Origin: a virus
Lineage: Duplodnaviria > Caudoviricetes
IMG/VR virus record: IMGVR_UViG_3300030372_003021
Location: 1 to 28,798 of that record
DNA length: 28,798 bases
Strand: one strand, 5' to 3'
The translations under genes and the position numbers were made by a program. The notes under the pieces were generated by a model. It had not been told where the DNA came from and did not search any database. It was given only the letters and a program-made list of their open reading frames with translations. This document shows, piece by piece, positions 25,954 to 28,798 of the stretch. Position 1 is the first letter of the stretch, and every line of letters starts with the position of its first letter.

Positions 25954-26441
25954 CATAATCCTATAGATTGTAAGTTTAATTCAATTCTCTCTCTTTGCTT
26001 GTCAGTCATATTGTACTTAATAAGAGCTTGTTCTACTTGAGTAGCTTTACCATTCTTGATAGCATCTAACATACTCGTTTCGATTTCCTTTGTCATAGTT
26101 TGTCTAGTCGGTTTCTTATCTCTAATCCGCAAAGCATCAACTACATCACCAAAAGCTTTAACACCTTTCTCTACATACAATGTAACCTGTACTCCTACCC
26201 AATCTTCAATCAATCCACTTCCCGCTACTTTCTCTATTGCTCTTGCATTAGTTCGGTTAAGTATCATTCCTTTATCAAACTCCTTAAAGTAAACTACAAA
26301 GCAATCTTCTTTTCTACCTTGTTGTCCAGTAACCTTCTCTTGAGATAGCTTACTAACTGTAACTACAATCTCTTTTTTACCATCTAACGAATACGATCCA
26401 AGGTATTCGTAATTAAATTGTTTCTTCCAATGTCCCTTCAT
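25953..26441 (-). CDS. Conserved phage protein, putative ssDNA-binding/annealing partner of the exonuclease
   Basis: HWKK...YLG, MILN.TN, IEDW.G..V.LY, ALRIR pattern; position near RecE-like gene. Confidence 0.55.
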   Translation of the reverse strand: MKGHWKKQFNYEYLGSYSLDGKKEIVVTVSKLSQEKVTGQQGRKEDCFVVYFKEFDKGMILNRTNARAIEKVAGSGLIEDWVGVQVTLYVEKGVKAFGDVVDALRIRDKKPTRQTMTKEIETSMLDAIKNGKATQVEQALIKYNMTDKQRERIELNLQSIGL

Positions 26442-26445
26442 TTGT

Positions 26446-26718
26446 TTATTTTTTATTTACTTGATTAATTGTGTTTTCTTTTATTGCATAAATTAAATCT
26501 GTAATAGCATCATAAACTATTTCTAAATTTTCGTCATCAATCAAATCAGTTTGTGACTTGATACTATTCTCGTAACTACGAGCTGTGTTAAGTAGTCTAT
26601 TAAACCACATCTTTGTTTGAGCCTTGTGCTTACCTTTCAAGTTATATAATTGCTCGTTAAAGCTCTTAAAAGTAGCTACCAAAACTATTAAATCTATTTG
26701 TTCTTCTTTGTTTAACAT
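26446..26718 (-). CDS. Hypothetical protein
   Basis: ORF in operon orientation. Confidence 0.75.
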   Translation of the reverse strand: MLNKEEQIDLIVLVATFKSFNEQLYNLKGKHKAQTKMWFNRLLNTARSYENSIKSQTDLIDDENLEIVYDAITDLIYAIKENTINQVNKK

Positions 26719-26774
26719 ATAAGGAGGGGCGGTATATAAACCTAAATTATATTATCTTCAAAATGGAACTTTCA

Positions 26775-27062
26775 CTAATGACTTTTCTTTTTTACTTGTG
26801 CCTCATATATACACTTAGTAATACAATTAATCATATCAGTAAAGTGCTTAGAACAATTAAAATTACTTTGCTCTCGACCACTCTCCATAATTAAAGTATA
26901 TCTGATTCGAGGTGGATTGCCTCCATCATATTCGGTTGGGTAATATGCTAACGATAACTTAACATCGTAACACTTCTCTTCGTTGTTTAAGTTCCAACCA
27001 GTTATTAACATCGGTCGAACTTGCTTTAGTAGATTTTCTTGTTCTTTACTCATTTCAAGCAA
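26775..27062 (-). CDS. Hypothetical protein, first gene of leftward operon (ATG at 27053 is an alternative start)
   Basis: Directly downstream of consensus promoter. Confidence 0.7.
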   Translation of the reverse strand: MLEMSKEQENLLKQVRPMLITGWNLNNEEKCYDVKLSLAYYPTEYDGGNPPRIRYTLIMESGREQSNFNCSKHFTDMINCITKCIYEAQVKKKSH

Positions 27063-27094
27063 TTTAAATTAATTTTAGTTTTTTGGTTCGAAGG

Positions 27095-27125
27095 CAAAGA
27101 TATAAACATTTTTTTAATTTTCAAA
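27095..27125 (-). promoter_or_regulatory. Consensus Bacteroidetes promoter driving the leftward arm
   Basis: TTTG (27125-27122), 19-nt spacer, TATCTTTG (27102-27095). Confidence 0.85.
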
Positions 27126-27342
27126 CCTACCCCACAAAATAAAAGCGTATTACTAAATGGACTAAAAATTACATAGGAGGGGAGGGGTTGAGGGTAGGAG
27201 ATAGGCAAAATCGGTGAAATTGAAAAAAATCGATAGGGTAGGAGTTTTCGACTGACTTTATGACATTTGCAAATTTTGAAGCATTTTTTTAGAAATTATT
27301 TTTAAATTAAATTGCGCGTATTATTAACCAAAACACAAAAAA

Positions 27343-27807
27343 ATGAAACCAACAAAACACATTAAACAACTAGCCGAAAAGCTGACAAACGAAGATTTAA
27401 AAGAACATTTAAATTTTTATTCTCAACACATCGCACACGCTTTTGAGAAAGAAAACACAGAAGAAGCAAAAGAGAAATATTTTAATTCTACTTATAAAGA
27501 AAGATTAAACCAATTAAACGACATTAAAAAGGCTTTATATAATGGCTCTTTTTATATGCGTGTGGATTCTGTGTCTAAGTCGGGAATGAGTCGAAAAATA
27601 CAATTTGCTTATGTAAAGAATAATAAAATAGTAAGTATTAGAGACAAGAAAATTTTAAATTTAGCAGGATGCGACAAGAACGGTAAAATTTCGGGGTGTG
27701 GAATGGATATGCTTTTCCACTCTCAATACACACTATTTATAAACTTGCATAAGAATTATAAAAAAGCGAATTATCAAAAAAAACTTAAACAATATTTAAA
27801 TTACTAA
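27343..27807 (+). CDS. Conserved phage early-region protein of unknown function
   Basis: SVSKSGMSR.I...GCGMDM.FH motif pair. Confidence 0.8.
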   Translation: MKPTKHIKQLAEKLTNEDLKEHLNFYSQHIAHAFEKENTEEAKEKYFNSTYKERLNQLNDIKKALYNGSFYMRVDSVSKSGMSRKIQFAYVKNNKIVSIRDKKILNLAGCDKNGKISGCGMDMLFHSQYTLFINLHKNYKKANYQKKLKQYLNY

Positions 27808-27811
27808 AATT

Positions 27812-28153
27812 ATGATCTACGAAGCAAAACAAACCACAATTAAAAAACGCTTTTTGTTTGGGAGTAAACAAGAAGTTAAGAAATACACTTTTGACAATTA
27901 CAATGATTGTTTAATCTTTTGTTTAGATGAACAAATACCCTTTTTTAATTGTCTTATAGGCGAGGGAATGACAACCAAAAGAAAAACCTTTAAAAATTAC
28001 TATTCATTAGAGGAATTTAAAAAGGTGGCTTTAAAGAATCCTTTATTCTTTTTAGGTGTACACGATGCGAGCAAAGCAAATATAAATACATACTATTTTT
28101 ACCTTGTTAAATCTCATTTAAATAAGTTATTAAAACTTAATACTATAAAATGA
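27812..28153 (+). CDS. Hypothetical protein
   Basis: 4 nt after upstream stop. Confidence 0.7.
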   Translation: MIYEAKQTTIKKRFLFGSKQEVKKYTFDNYNDCLIFCLDEQIPFFNCLIGEGMTTKRKTFKNYYSLEEFKKVALKNPLFFLGVHDASKANINTYYFYLVKSHLNKLLKLNTIK

Positions 28154-28329
28154 TGATAGGAACAAATCAAGATTATAAAAACTTTTTAAAGTGGTTGAAT
28201 AGTGATAATGTCATCATACTTAAAAAGGGTGTTTATACTTGCCAATGTATTCAATACACAAAGCGTTTTACATTTAGCGAAATCTATAAATATTATTTAA
28301 AGGAATATTGTAATTTTTACGAACGATAA
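28150..28329 (+). CDS. Hypothetical protein, 59 aa (MMIGTNQDYKNFLKWLNSDNV...), not in ORF track
   Basis: ATGA overlap with upstream gene; followed by terminator. Confidence 0.7.
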   Translation: MMIGTNQDYKNFLKWLNSDNVIILKKGVYTCQCIQYTKRFTFSEIYKYYLKEYCNFYER

Positions 28330-28351
28330 ACCAACAATAATAAATACTATT

Positions 28352-28379
28352 AAAGCCCACTTTTAAAGTGGGTTTTTTT
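28352..28379 (+). terminator. Intrinsic terminator ending the right-end cassette
   Basis: GCCCACTT-TTA-AAGTGGGT followed by T run. Confidence 0.85.
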
Positions 28380-28798
28380 ATTGGCTTAATGTTTACCTAG
28401 TGGATCAGATTAAATAAGCTTAAATACAACATAAAACAAATAAAACTATTTAGAGATCTTTTAAGCTCTTTTTTTTGTCTCTAATATACAAATACCTTAC
28501 TCAATTAAGTAAGGGTAGTATATACGCCTCAAATCGCCTTAAAATACATCGTGTTGCTTTCAATAATACACACATATATCATATATCAAATAAAATATAA
28601 TCAACTGACATAAAAATAATTTATTTTTTTTTAGCTCGTTTTCGTGTCAGTTTTGACGGATTTAATACAATCGCACCAGAACAAAGCTTAATCGCATACA
28701 ATCCCTTACCACGCATACAATACAGTCTATTTACCAGTAAAAATATTTTTTTTCTTGTATAGGGGTCTTTTTATCACAAAACTTTTAACACAGAAAAC

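Larger units (their letters stand above)
1..28798. mobile_element. Tailed bacteriophage genome (HK97-type siphovirus), likely Bacteroidota host, possibly complete
   Basis: Full ordered head-neck-tail-lysis module plus replication/recombination arm; no host housekeeping genes; both ends non-coding. Confidence 0.93.

Noticed and set aside
22695-26348. Plus-strand ORFs 22695, 23240, 23963, 26056, 26100
   Set aside because: Antisense to clear replication/recombination genes
26719-26894. Possible second antisense element or 43-aa + ORF starting at 26763
   Set aside because: No promoter or terminator, no convincing target, and the ORF is antisense to a gene
1-28798. Stop-codon reassignment, lysogeny module, DGR/retron, tRNA genes
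   Set aside because: All three stops end genes normally and core genes are intact; no integrase, repressor, reverse transcriptase or tRNA recognised

Overview
AT-rich, densely coding tailed-phage sequence, probably a complete or near-complete ~28.8 kb siphovirus with an HK97-type head, opened just upstream of terS. Bacteroidetes-type promoters (TTTG-N19/20-TAnnTT[T/A]G), A-rich leaders without Shine-Dalgarno sites and a DUF3127-like SSB point to a Bacteroidota (likely Flavobacteriia) host. Layout: + strand late arm (terS, terL, sigma-like factor, portal, head-spike base, multidomain protease, capsid, neck, two tail-tube paralogues, frameshifted chaperones, tape measure, one large tail-tip protein, lysis genes, HNH, T7-endoI-like nuclease); convergent - strand replication/recombination arm (20111-27062); short divergent + strand cassette (27343-28329). 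No integrase, repressor, DNA polymerase or primase was recognised. Most notable: (1) a candidate ~85-nt sRNA whose single-stranded part is complementary to an AACCAAA leader motif in four early genes, plus other structured intergenic RNAs; (2) an iteron-like origin next to terS that reads like the linker missing from the initiator gene; (3) a tail-tube paralogue split by three extra domains. All calls come from reading motifs by eye; no searches were run.
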